This document shows, in pieces, positions 51,500-62,585 of a stretch of 64,000 bases of DNA (the stretch's first letter is position 1; the number at the start of each line of letters is the position of its first letter). The stretch lies in NCBI RefSeq assembly GCF_009914755.1, contig NC_060947.1; one strand, 5' to 3'. The position numbers and the translations under genes were made by a program. This DNA is from the human T2T-CHM13v2.0 reference genome, Homo sapiens. The notes beneath the pieces are model-generated. The model was not told where the DNA came from and did not search any database. It saw nothing but the letters and a program-made list of their open reading frames with translations.

Positions 51500-54400
51500 C
51501 AGGGTGCATGTCTCTCCTACGGGGGAGCTCCCCAAAGTGGCAATAAGTATCCCGAGTGACTGAAACAGGATGCCAGGCTTTCAGGGGTACGTTGAAGCAG
51601 CCTGAGGAAAAAAGCGGCGAGGCTGAAATGGAGGCTGAAGTCTTCCACTGGAGGCCAGTACCTTCCCAGCAGCTCCTGTCCTGGGCCCTGCAGGGTTGTG
51701 GAGTCCCTGGCTTTCACACAGGGTGTGTGTGTCTGTCCCACAGGCGGCCGCCCAACATGGCAAGAAGTCCCCGAGGGACGTGGTCACGATGCCAGGATTT
51801 CAGGGTGACATTGAGGCAGCTGGAGGAAAAAAGTGGCGAGTCCGAATAGGAGGCTGGTGTACTCTACCAGAGACCAGTGCCTTTCCAGCAGTTCCAGAGC
51901 CGGGCCCAAGGGGGTCGTGGAGTCCCTGGCTTTCACCAAGGGTGTGTGTTTCTCCCATGGGGGGCACCGCAAAGTGGGAAGATATCCCTAGGGGAACAGT
52001 TACAGGACACCAGGCTTTCAGGGGGAGGTTGAGGCAGCCCAAGGAAAAAAGCAGCAAGGCTGAAGAGTAGGCTTGGATCCTCCACCAGAGGTCAGTGCCT
52101 TTCCGGCAGCTCTGGCAAGGGGCCCGAGTGAGTTGTGGAGTCCCTGGCATTCACCCATGGTGTGTGTCACTCTTAAGGGGAGCAAATTGTCAAGAAGTCC
52201 CCCAAGGGACGTGAACAGGACGCCAGGCTTTCAGTGGGATTTTGAGGCAGCCCGAGGATAAAAGTGGTGAGGATGATGAGTAGGCTGGGGTCCTCTACCA
52301 GAAGCCCATGCCTTCCGGGCAGCCCCTGCGCTGGGCCTGGGGGTGGGGTCGTGGAGTCCCTGGCTTTCACTCAGGGTGTGTGTCCCTCCCACGGGGGGCA
52401 AGCCATAGCAGCAAGAATTCCCCCAAGGGACAGCGACAGAACTCCAGGCTTTCAGGGGGACGTTAAGGCAGCCCAAAGAAGAAACTGGCAAGGCCAAAGA
52501 GGAGGCTGGGGTCTTCCACCAGAGGCCAGTGCCTTGTCTGCAGCCCCTGCGCTGGGCCCAGAGGGGGTCATGGAGTCTTTGGCTTTCACCTAGGGTGCGT
52601 GTTTCTCCCACGGGGGCACCCCAAAGCAGCAGGAAGACCCCGGGGGGCAGGGAGATGCCAGGCTTTTAGGGGGACATTAAGGCAGCCCGAGGAAAAAAGT
52701 AGTCAGGCTGAAGACGAGGCTGGGGTCCTCCACCAGAAGCCATTGCCTTCCCAACAGCCACTGCACTGGGCCCAGGGGGTTTGTGGAGTCCCTGGCTTTA
52801 ACCTAGGGAGTGTGTCTCTCCTACAGGGAACATCCTAAAGTGGCAAGAAGTCCACCGGGGTACGGGGACAGGATGCCAGGCTTTCAGGGGGACATTGAGG
52901 CAGCCCGAGGATAAAAGCAGCGAAGCTGAAGAGAAGGTTGGGGTCATCCACCAGACGACATTGCCTTCCCGGCAGCCCCTGCGTCGGGCCAGGGAGAGTA
53001 GTAGAGTCCCTGGTTTTAACCCAGGTTGCGTGTCTCCCACGAGGGGCAGCCCAAAAAGTCAAGACGTCCCTGGAGAAAAAAAACAGGAAGCCAGGCTTTG
53101 TGGAAGAAGTTGAGGCAGCCCAAAAAAAGAAGCAGCAAGGCTGAAGAGGAAGCTGGGGTACTCCACTGGAGGCAAGTGCCTGCCGGCAGCCCCTGTGCCA
53201 GTCCCGGGGTGTCGTGGAGTCCCTGGCTTTCACCAAGGGTGCATGTCTTCCCCATGGGGGTCACCCCAAAGGGCCAAAATCTCCCCAGGAGGACAGGGAC
53301 TGGACGAGAGGCTTTTAGGGGGAATTTGAGGCAGCCCAAGGAGAAAACCGGCGAGGTCAAAGAGGAGGCTGCCATCCTCCACTGGAGGCCATTGCCTTCT
53401 CGAGCACCATGTGCTGGGCCCGGGGGTTGTGGAGTCCCTGGCTTTCACCCAGGGTGCATGTCCCTCCCACGAGGGGAAGCCCAAAGTGACAAGAAGTCCA
53501 CCTGGGGATAGGGAGAGGATGTCAGGCTTTCAGGGGTATGTTGAGGAAGCCCAAGGAAAAAAGCAGCAAGGCCAAAGAGGAGGCTGGGGTGCTCCACCAG
53601 AGGCCAGTGTCTTCCCGGCAGCATCTCCTCCTTGCCTGTGGGGGTCGTGGAGTCCCTGGTTTTCAACCAGGGGGTGTGTATCTCCCATGGAGGGCACACC
53701 AAAGCAGTAAGAATTCCCCCTGGGGATGGGGACTTGACGTCAGGCTTTTAGGGGAACGTTGGGGCAGCACAAAGAAAACAGTGGCAAGGCTGAAAGGAGG
53801 CTGAGGTTGTCTACCAGGGGCCAGTGTCTTCCCGGCAACCCCTGCACCAGGTCCTGGGGGGTCGTGGAGTCCCTGGCTTTCACCCAGGGTGCATGTTTCT
53901 CCCATGTGGGGCAAGCCAAGTGGCAAGAAGTCCCTCGGGGGACTGGGACAGGATGCTTGGCTTTCAGGAAGGAGTTGACACAGCCCAAGGGAAAAAGTGG
54001 AGAGGCCAAAGAGGAGGCTGGGGTCTTCAACCGGACGCCAGTGCTTCCCTGGCAGCTCCTGTGCCAGGCCTGGGGGCTTGTGGAGTACCTGGCTTTTACT
54101 GAAGGTGTGTGTCTCTTCCATGGAGGGCAGCCCAAGTGGCAAGAAGTGCCCCTGGGGACGGGGACAGGACCACAGGCTTTCATGGAGACGTTGAGGCAGC
54201 CCGAGGATAAAAGCTGCGAGGCCAAACAAAAGGCTAGGGTCGTCCACTGGAGGCCAGTGCCTATCCTGGCAGCCTCTGTGCTGGGCCCAGGTGGGTCGTG
54301 GTGTTTATGTCTTGGACCTGGGGTGCCTGCCGATCTCATGGGGGGAACCCAAATTGGCATGAATTCCCCCTGGGGACAGCAACAGAACACCAGGCTGTCG

Positions 54401-57400
54401 CCTAACCACCTGAAGGTGGACATTGAAGCTGCCCTAGGAAAAAAGCTGTGTGGCCAAAGAAGAGGCTGGCATTTTCCACTGGAGGCTAGTGCCTTCCTGG
54501 CAGCCCCTGCACCAAGCCCAGGGGTGTCCTGGAGTCCCTGGCTTTCACTCAGAGTGCATGTCTCTCTTACAGGAGGCACCGCAAAGATGCAAGAAGTCAC
54601 CCGGAGTACAAGGACAGGACGCCAGGCTTTCAGGGGGACGTTGAGGCAGTCAAAGGAAAAAAATGGCAAGGCAGAAGAGGAGGCTGTGGTACTCCACCGG
54701 AGGCCAGTGCCTTCCATGCATCCCCTGCCCCGGGCCTGGGGGTTGGTCGTTGGGTCCCTGGCTTTCACCCAGGGTGCGTGTCTCTCTCATGGGGGGCAGC
54801 CCAAAGTGGGAAGAAGTCCCCTGGGGGATTGGGATAAGATGCCAAGCTTTCAGAGAAACGTTGAGGCATCTCGGAAAAAAAAAGCAGTGAGGCCAGAGGA
54901 GTCTGGGGTCCTCCACCAGAGGCCAGTGCCTTCTGGGCAGCCCCTGCGTTGGGCCTTGGGTGGTTGTGGAGTCCCTGGCTTTCACCAAGGGTGCGTGTGT
55001 CTCCCACGGGGGGCATCCAAAAGGGGCAAGAAGTCCACTGGGGGATGGGGACAAGATGTCAGGCTTTCAGGGGGACATTGTGGCAGCCCAAGGAAAAAAG
55101 TGACGAGGCTGAAGAGGAAGCTCGGATCTTCCGCTGGAGGCCAGTGCCTTCCGGGCAGCCTTTGCGCCAAGCTCGAGGAAGTCTTGTAGTCCCTGGCTTT
55201 CATCCAGGGTGTTTCTCTCCCACAGGACTCAGCCCAAAGTGGCAAGAAGACCCCAGGGGAAGGAGACAGGATGCCAGGATTTCATGGGGATGTTGAGGCA
55301 GTCCAAAAAAAAAAAAAAAAAAGTGGCAAAGCCGACAAGGCTGAAGAGGAAGCTGGGATCCTCCACCAGAAGCCAGTGCCTTAATGGTAGCCTCTGCGCC
55401 GGGACTGGAGGGGTTGTGGTGTCCCTGCCTTTCACCTATGGTGTGTGTGTCTTAAATGGGGGGCAGACCAAAGTGACAAGAAGTCCCCCGGGGGATGAGA
55501 ACAGGATGCCAGGCTTTCATGGGGACGTTGAGGCAGTCCAAAAAAAAAAAGTGGCAAAACCAAAGAGTAGGCTGGGGTCCTCCAAAGGAGGCCAGTGCCT
55601 TCCTAGCAGCTTCTGCACCAGGCCAGGGAGGTCATGGAATCCCTGGTATTCACCCAGGGTTCATGTCTCTCCAACAGGGGTTACGCCAATGTGGCAAGAA
55701 GACCTCTGGAAGATGGGGACAGGATGCCAGGCTTTCAGGCAGAAGTTGAGGCAACCCAAGACAAAAAGCGGCGAGGCCAAAGTCTGGCATCCTCCACCGG
55801 AAACCCCTGGCTTCCCAGCAGACCCTGCGCCAGGACCGAGGTTGTTTGTGGGGTCCCTGGCTTTCACTGAGAGTGCGTGACTCTCCAACAGGGAGTAGCC
55901 CAAAGCAGCAAGAAGTCCCCTGGGATATGGCGACAGGACGCCAGACTTTCCGGGGGACATTGAGGAAGCCCGAGTTAAACAGTGGTGTGGCCAAATAGGA
56001 GGCTGTGGTTGTCCACCGGAGGCCAGTGGGTTCCCAGCAACCACTGCACTGTGCCCAGTGGGGTTGTGGAGCCCATGACTTTCACCCAAGGTGCGTGTCT
56101 TTCCCACAGGGGGCAGCCCAAAGCAACAAGATGTCCCCAGGGGGACAAGAAAAGGACGCCAGGCTTTCACAGGGATTTTGGGGCAATCCAAGGATGTGGT
56201 GATACCAAAGAGGAGGCTGAGGTTTTCCACCACAGGCCAGTGTCTTCCTGGCAGCCCCTGTGCCAGGCCTGGGGGTGTCATGGAGTTCTTGGGTTTCACC
56301 CAGTGTGCATGTCTCTCCTGTGGGGGTCAGGGGCAGACCAAAGCGGCAAGAAGTCCCCCTGGGTAAAGGAACAGGATGCCAGGCTTTCATGGGGAGATTG
56401 AGGCAGTCCTAGGAAAAAGGCAGCAAAGCCAAAGAGGAGGCTGGGGTCCTCTGCTGGAGGCCAACACCTTCCCGGCAGCACTTGTGCTGGGCCCAGGGGG
56501 TCGTGGAGACCCTGGTTTTCACCCAGGATGCACAAGTCTCCCATGGGGAACAGCCTAAAGGGGGAAAGAATTCCACCAAGTGATGGGAACAGGATGCCAG
56601 GCTTTCAAAGGGACGTTGAGGCATCCTGAAGACAAAAGTGGTGAGGCTGAAGAGGAAGCTGGGGTCTTCCACCGAAGGCCAGTGCCTTCCTGGCAGTTCC
56701 TTCGTTGGGCCCAGGGTGTCGTGGAGTCCCTGGCTTTCACTCAGGGTGCATGTCTCTCTCACAGGGGGCAGCCCAATGCAGAAAGAAGTCCCCCCAGAGT
56801 TGGGGATAAGATGCCAGGCTTTCAGAGGGATGCTGGGTCAACCTGTGGAAAAAAGTGGCAAGGCCAAAGAGGAGACAGGGGTCCTCCACCAGAGGCCAGG
56901 GCTTTCAGGACAGCCTCTGCACTGGGCTAGGGAGTGTCATGGAGTCCCTGGTTTTCACCTAGAGTGTGTGTCTCTCCCATGGGGGGAGTGCCAAAGTGTC
57001 AAGATTTCCCCTGGGGACAGAGACCAAATGCCAGGCTTTAAAAGGGACGTTGAGGCAGCCTGAGGAAAAACTGGCGAGGCCAAAGAGGAGGCAGGGGTCT
57101 TCCACCAGATGCCAATGCACTGGGCCCGGGGGAGTTGTGGAGTCTCTAGCTTTCATCCAGGGTTCGTGTCTCTCCCACAGGGGACACCCCAAAGCAGCAA
57201 GAAATCGTCCGGGTGACTGGGAAATGACACTGTGCTTTCGGGGGACATTGAGGTAGTCCAAGGAAAAAAGTGGCAAGGCCGAACAGGAGGCTGGCATCCT
57301 CCGCCGGAGGCCAGTGCCTTCTGCGCAGCCCCTGCACCAACCCTGAGGGAGTTTTGGAGTCCCTTGCTTTCACCCAGAGAGTGTGCCTCTCCCATGGGGG

Positions 57401-57566
57401 CACACAATGGTGGCAAGAATTCCCCCGGGGGACTTGGAGAGGACCCCAGTCTTTCAGGGGGATATTGAGTCAGCCCGAGGAAAATACTGGTGAGGCTGAA
57501 GGGGAGGCGTGGGTCCTCCACTGGAGGTCAGTTCCTTCTTTGCAGCCCCTGCACTGAGCCCGGAAG
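51500..57566 (-). repeat. Gamma satellite, ~217-bp subtype, inverted (block F, same type as D)
   Basis: Reads GGAGGCCAGTGCCTTCCCGGCAGCCCCTG and CCAGGCTTTCAGGGGGACGTTGAGGCAGCCC, the reverse complement of block D motifs. Confidence 0.85.
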
Positions 57567-57870
57567 GGTTAAACCTTTCTTTTGTCTCAGCAGGTTGAAA
57601 CACTCTTTTTGTAGAATCTGGGAAGGGACATTTCTGAGCCCACTGAGGCCTATAGTGAAAACCGTATAACCCACGACAAAAACTAGAAAGACAGCATCTA
57701 TGAAACTGCTTTGTGATGTGTGGATTCAGCTCACAGAATTAAACCTTTCTTTTCATTCCACAGGTTGGAAACCCTTTTTAAAATAGAATCTGCAAAGAGA
57801 CGTTTTGGAGTGCACTGAGACCTGTAGAGAAAAACTGAATATCCCCTGATAAAAACTACAAAGAAGCTAT

Positions 57871-58210
57871 CTGTGAAACTGCTTTGTGATGTGTGGATCC
57901 AGCTCAAAGAGTTAAACCTTTCTTTTGATTCATCAGGTCGGAAACACTCTTCTTTTGGAATCTAACAATGCACATTTCTGAACACACTGAAGCCTAAAGT
58001 GAAAACTGGATATCCAGCGATGAAAACTACAAAAAGCTCTCTGTGAAACTGCTTTTTGATGTGTGGATCCAGCTCAAAGAGTTAAACCTTTCTTTTGATT
58101 CATCAGGTCGGAAACACTCTTCTTTTGGAATCTAACAATGCACATTTCTGAACACACTGAAGCCTACAGTGAAAACTAGATATCCAGCGATGAAAACTAC
58201 AAAAAGCTAT
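57871..58210 (+). repeat. Recent tandem duplication of one 170-bp alpha monomer
   Basis: 57871-58040 versus 58041-58210 differ at 4 positions by eye. Confidence 0.9.
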
Positions 58211-61200
58211 CTGTGAAACTGCTTTGTTATCTGTGGATTCAGTTCACAGAGTTAGACCTTTCTTTTTATTCACCAGTTTGGAAGCACTCTTTTTGTGGAA
58301 CCCAAGAATGGGCATTTCTGAACCCACTGAGGTGTATAGTGAAAACCAAATAATCCATGATAAAAACTAGATAGAAGCTACTTGTGAAACTGCTTTTTGA
58401 TGTGTGGATTCAGCTCACAGAGTTAAACCTTTCTTTTAATTCAGCATGTAGGAAAAACTGTTTTGTATAATCAGCAAAGGGACATTATTGAACCTACTGA
58501 GGCCTATAGTGAAAACCATATATCCAGCGATTAAAAACTATGAAGAAGCTATCTGTGAAACTGATTTGAGATCTGCATATTCGTCTCACAGAGTTAAAAC
58601 TTTCTTTTGATTGAGAGGTTTGGAACCACTGTTTTTGTAAAATCTAAATATGGACATTTTTAACCCACTGAGGTATATACTGAAAACTGTATATCTCACA
58701 AAAAAAAAAACTATAAAGAAGCTGTCTGTGAAACAGCTTTGTGATGTGTGCATTCAGCTCACAGAGTTGAGCCTTTCTTTTGATTCAGCTGGTTGGAATG
58801 ACGCTTTCTGTAGAATCTAAGAATGGACATTTCTGAACGCACTGATGCCTATAGTGAAAATTGTATATCCAGTGATTATAACTACAAAGAAGCTATCTGT
58901 GAAAAAGCTTTTCATCTGTGGATTCTGCTCACAGAGTTAAACTTTTCTTTTGATTCAAAAGATTAAGAACACTTTTTAGTGGACTCTAAGAATGGACATT
59001 TCTGAACCCACTGATTTGTTTAGTGAAAACCAAATACCCCTCGATAAAAAAAAAAAAAAAAAGACAGAAGCTCTCTGTGAAACAGCTTTGTGATGTGTGG
59101 ATTCAGCTCCCAGAGTTAAACCTTTCTTTTGATTCAGCTGGTTGTCCACACTCTTTTTGTATAACCTGTGAAGGGACATTTCTGAACACACTGAGGTTTA
59201 TAGTGAAAAAACGAATATCCCATGATAAAAACGAGAAACAACGTGTCTGTGGAACTGATTTGTGATGTGTGGATTCAGCTCACAGAGTTAAACCTTTATT
59301 TTGATTCAGCAGTTTGGAAACTCTCTATTTGTGGAATCTGAGAAGGGAAATTTTGGAGTGCACTGAGGCCTATAGTGAAATACTGAATAACCCACGATAA
59401 AAAGTAGAAAGAAGCTATCTGTGAAACTGCTTTGTGATGTGTGGATTCAGCTCATAGAGTTAAATCTTTTTTTTTTTTTTTGAATCCACAGATTTCAAAC
59501 ACTCTTTTTGCAGAATCTGCGAAGAAACATTTCTGAACTCACAGAAGCCTATAGGGAAAACAAAGCATCCTGTGATAAAATCTAGAATGAAGCTAGCTGT
59601 GAAAATGCCTTGTGATGTGTGGATGCAGCTCACAGAGTTTAACCTTTCTGTTGGTTGAGCAGATTGGAAGCACTCTTTTTGTAGAATCTATGTATGGACG
59701 TTTCTGAGCCCTCTGAGATCGATAGTGGGGACCGAATATCCCGTGATAAACACCAGAATCTATGTTTGAATCTGCTTTGAGATGTGTGGATTCACCACAC
59801 AGAGTTAAAACTTTCTTTTGATTCAGCAGATTGAAATCAACTTGTTTGTAGAATTTAAGAACGGACATTTCTGAACCCACTGAGGCCTATAGTGAAAACC
59901 AAATATCCCGCAATAAAAAGTAGAAAGAAGCTGTCTGTGAAACTTCTTTTTTATGTATGGATTCAGCTCACAGAGTTAAACCTTTCTTTTGATTCACAAG
60001 GTTGGAAACACTCTTCTTGTAGAATCTGGGAAGGGACATTTTTGAGCCTCCTGGAGCCTATAGTGAAAACAAAATATCCCATGATAAAACCTAGAAAGAA
60101 GCTATCTCTGAAACTGCTTTTTTTATGTGTGGATTCAGCTCACAGATTTAACCTTTCTTTTGATTCAGCAGGTTGGAAACCCTCTTTTGGTAGAACCTGA
60201 GAAGGAATATTTCAGAGTGCACTAAGGCCTATAAAGAAAAACTGAATTTCCAGTGAAAGACACTAGAAAGAAGCTATCTGTGAAACTGTTTTGTGATTTG
60301 TGGATTCAGCACACAGAGTTAAACATCTTCTATTCGGCAGGGGGGAAACACTCTTTTTGTACAATCTAAGAACGGACATTTCTGAAACCACTGAAACCTA
60401 TAGTGAAAACAGAATATTCCATGATAAAAATCAGAAACAGTATGTGAAACTTCTTTGGGATGTGTTGATACAGCTCCCAGGGTTAAACTTTTCTTTTGAT
60501 TTAGCAGGTTGGAAACACTCTTTCTGTAGAATCTGGGAAGACATTTCTGAGCCTACTGTGGCCTACAGTGAAAACTGAATATCCCACAATCAAAACTAGA
60601 AAGAAGCTATCTATGAAATTTCTTTGTTATTTGTGGATTTACCTCACATTTAAACCTTGGTTTTGATTCAGCAGGTTAGGAGCACTCTTTTTGTAGAATC
60701 TAAGAATGGATATATCTGAACCCACTGAGGAGTATCATGAAAACCGAATATCCCGTGATAAAAAACTAAAAAGAAGCTATGAAACTGGTTTGAGATGTGT
60801 GGATTGAGCTCAAAGCGTTAAAACGTTCTTATGATTCAGCAGGTTGGAAACGCTCTTCTTGTGGAATCTAAAAATGGATATTTCTAGACCCACTGAGGCA
60901 TATAATGAAAATTGAATATCCCACAAAAAAAACTACAAAGAAGCTATCTCTGAAACTGCTTTGAGATGTGTGGATTCAGCTCAAAGATTTAAGACTTTCT
61001 TTTGATTCACCAGGTTCGAAATGCTCTTTTTGTAGAACCTGAGAAGGAACATATGGGGGTGTGCTCAGGATGAAAGTGAAAGACAGAATATGTGGCAATA
61101 AAAACTAGAAAGAATCCATCTGTGAAACTGCTTTGTGATGTGTTGGTACAGCTCACAGAGTTAAACCTTTCTTTTGGTTTAGCAGGTTAGAAACATTTTT

Positions 61201-61881
61201 ATTGTAGAATTTAAGAATGTACATTTCTGAACCCACAGAGGCACATAGTAAAAACTGAATATCCCATGATAAAAAGTAGAAGGAAGCTATCTGTGATACA
61301 GCTTTGTGATGTGTGGATTCAGCTCACAGAGTTAAAGCTTTCTTTTGACTAAGCAGGTTGGAAACACTCTTTTGGTAGAATGTGTGAAGGGACATTTTGT
61401 GGCATACTTAGGCTTAAAGTGAAAAACCAAATATCTCGCGATAAAAACTAGAAAGAAGCTATCTGTGAAACTGCTTTGTGATGCGTGGATTCAGCTCACA
61501 GAGTTAAACCTATCTTCTGATTCAGCAGGTTGGAAACACTCTTTGTAGAATATAAGAATGGACATTTCTGAATGCACTGAGGCCTATAGTGAAAACAAAA
61601 TATCCCATGATAAAAAAAAACTAGAAAGAAGCCATCTGTGAAATGGCTTCGTGATGTGTGGATTCAGCTCACAGAGTTAAATGTTTCTTTTGATTCAGCA
61701 GGTTGGAAACACTCTTTTTTTAGAACCTAGAATGGACATTTCTGAACCTGCTGAAACCTATTGTGAAAACTGAATATCTTGTGATAAAAATTAGAACAAA
61801 TATATCTGTGAAACTGCTTTGCGATGTGTGGATGCATCTAAAAGAGTTCAACCTTTCTTTTGATTCAGCAGGTTGGAAACC

Positions 61882-62585
61882 CTCTTTTTGTAGAATCTGT
61901 GTAGGAACATTTCGAAGCACACTGAGTCCTATAAAGAAAAACTGAATATCCCATGATAAAAACTAGGAAGAAGCTATCTGTGAAACTGCTTTATGATGTG
62001 TGGATTCAGCTCACAGAGTTTTATCTTTCTTTTGATTCAGTGGGTTGGAAACACTCTTTTTGTAGAATCTGACAATGGACATTTCTGAACGCACTGAGGC
62101 CTATAGTGAAAACCGAATATCTTGCAATAAAAACCAGAAAGAAGCTATCATCTGTGAAAATGCTTTAGTAAGTGTGGATTCAGCTCACAGTTAAAAGTTT
62201 CTTTTGATTCAGCAGGTTGGAAACACTCTTTTTGTAGAATCTGTGTAGGAACATTTCGAAGCACACTGAGTCCTATAAAGAAAAACTGAATATCCCATGA
62301 TAAAAACTAGGAAGAAGCTATCTGTGAAACTGCTTTATGATGTGTGGATTCAGCTCACAGAGTTTTATCTTTCTTTTGATTCAGTGGGTTGGAAACACTC
62401 TTTTTGTAGAATCTGACAATGGACATTTCTGAACGCACTGAGGCCTATAGTGAAAACCGAATATCTTGCAATAAAAACTAGAAAGAAGCTATCATCTGTG
62501 AAAATGCTTTAGTAAGTGTGGATTCAGCTCACAGTTAAAAGTTTCTTTTGATTCAGCAGGTTGGAAACACTCTTTTTGTAGAATC
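61882..62585 (+). repeat. Very recent tandem duplication of a 344-bp alpha dimer
   Basis: 61882-62225 versus 62226-62569 differ at one position by eye (aaaccaga / aaactaga) and share private indels (gctatcatctgtg; ctcacagttaaaag). Confidence 0.92.

Noticed and set aside
53759-55189. 476-aa ORF (and the antisense 342-aa ORF at 53740-54768)
   Set aside because: Lies wholly in gamma block F. The protein repeats about every 72 aa (216/3), and GC-rich, stop-poor units near a multiple of 3 give long ORFs by chance. No domain is recognisable.
55305-55322. A18 run as a retrotransposon tail (also A17 at 59046-59062 and a T run near 59467-59481)
   Set aside because: Each is an expansion of a homopolymer already present in the satellite consensus, with no element body or TSD.
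18195-57557. Hundreds of overlapping ORFs on both strands
   Set aside because: Recurrent peptides (WEDPGLAL, CLNLPLKAW, VESLAFTQG) are translations of the satellite unit in all frames.
61647-61927. Possible CENP-B boxes at ttcg sites (~61648, ~61911)
   Set aside because: They lack the CGGG half and are not at the box position in the monomer; nothing here indicates an active centromeric HOR.
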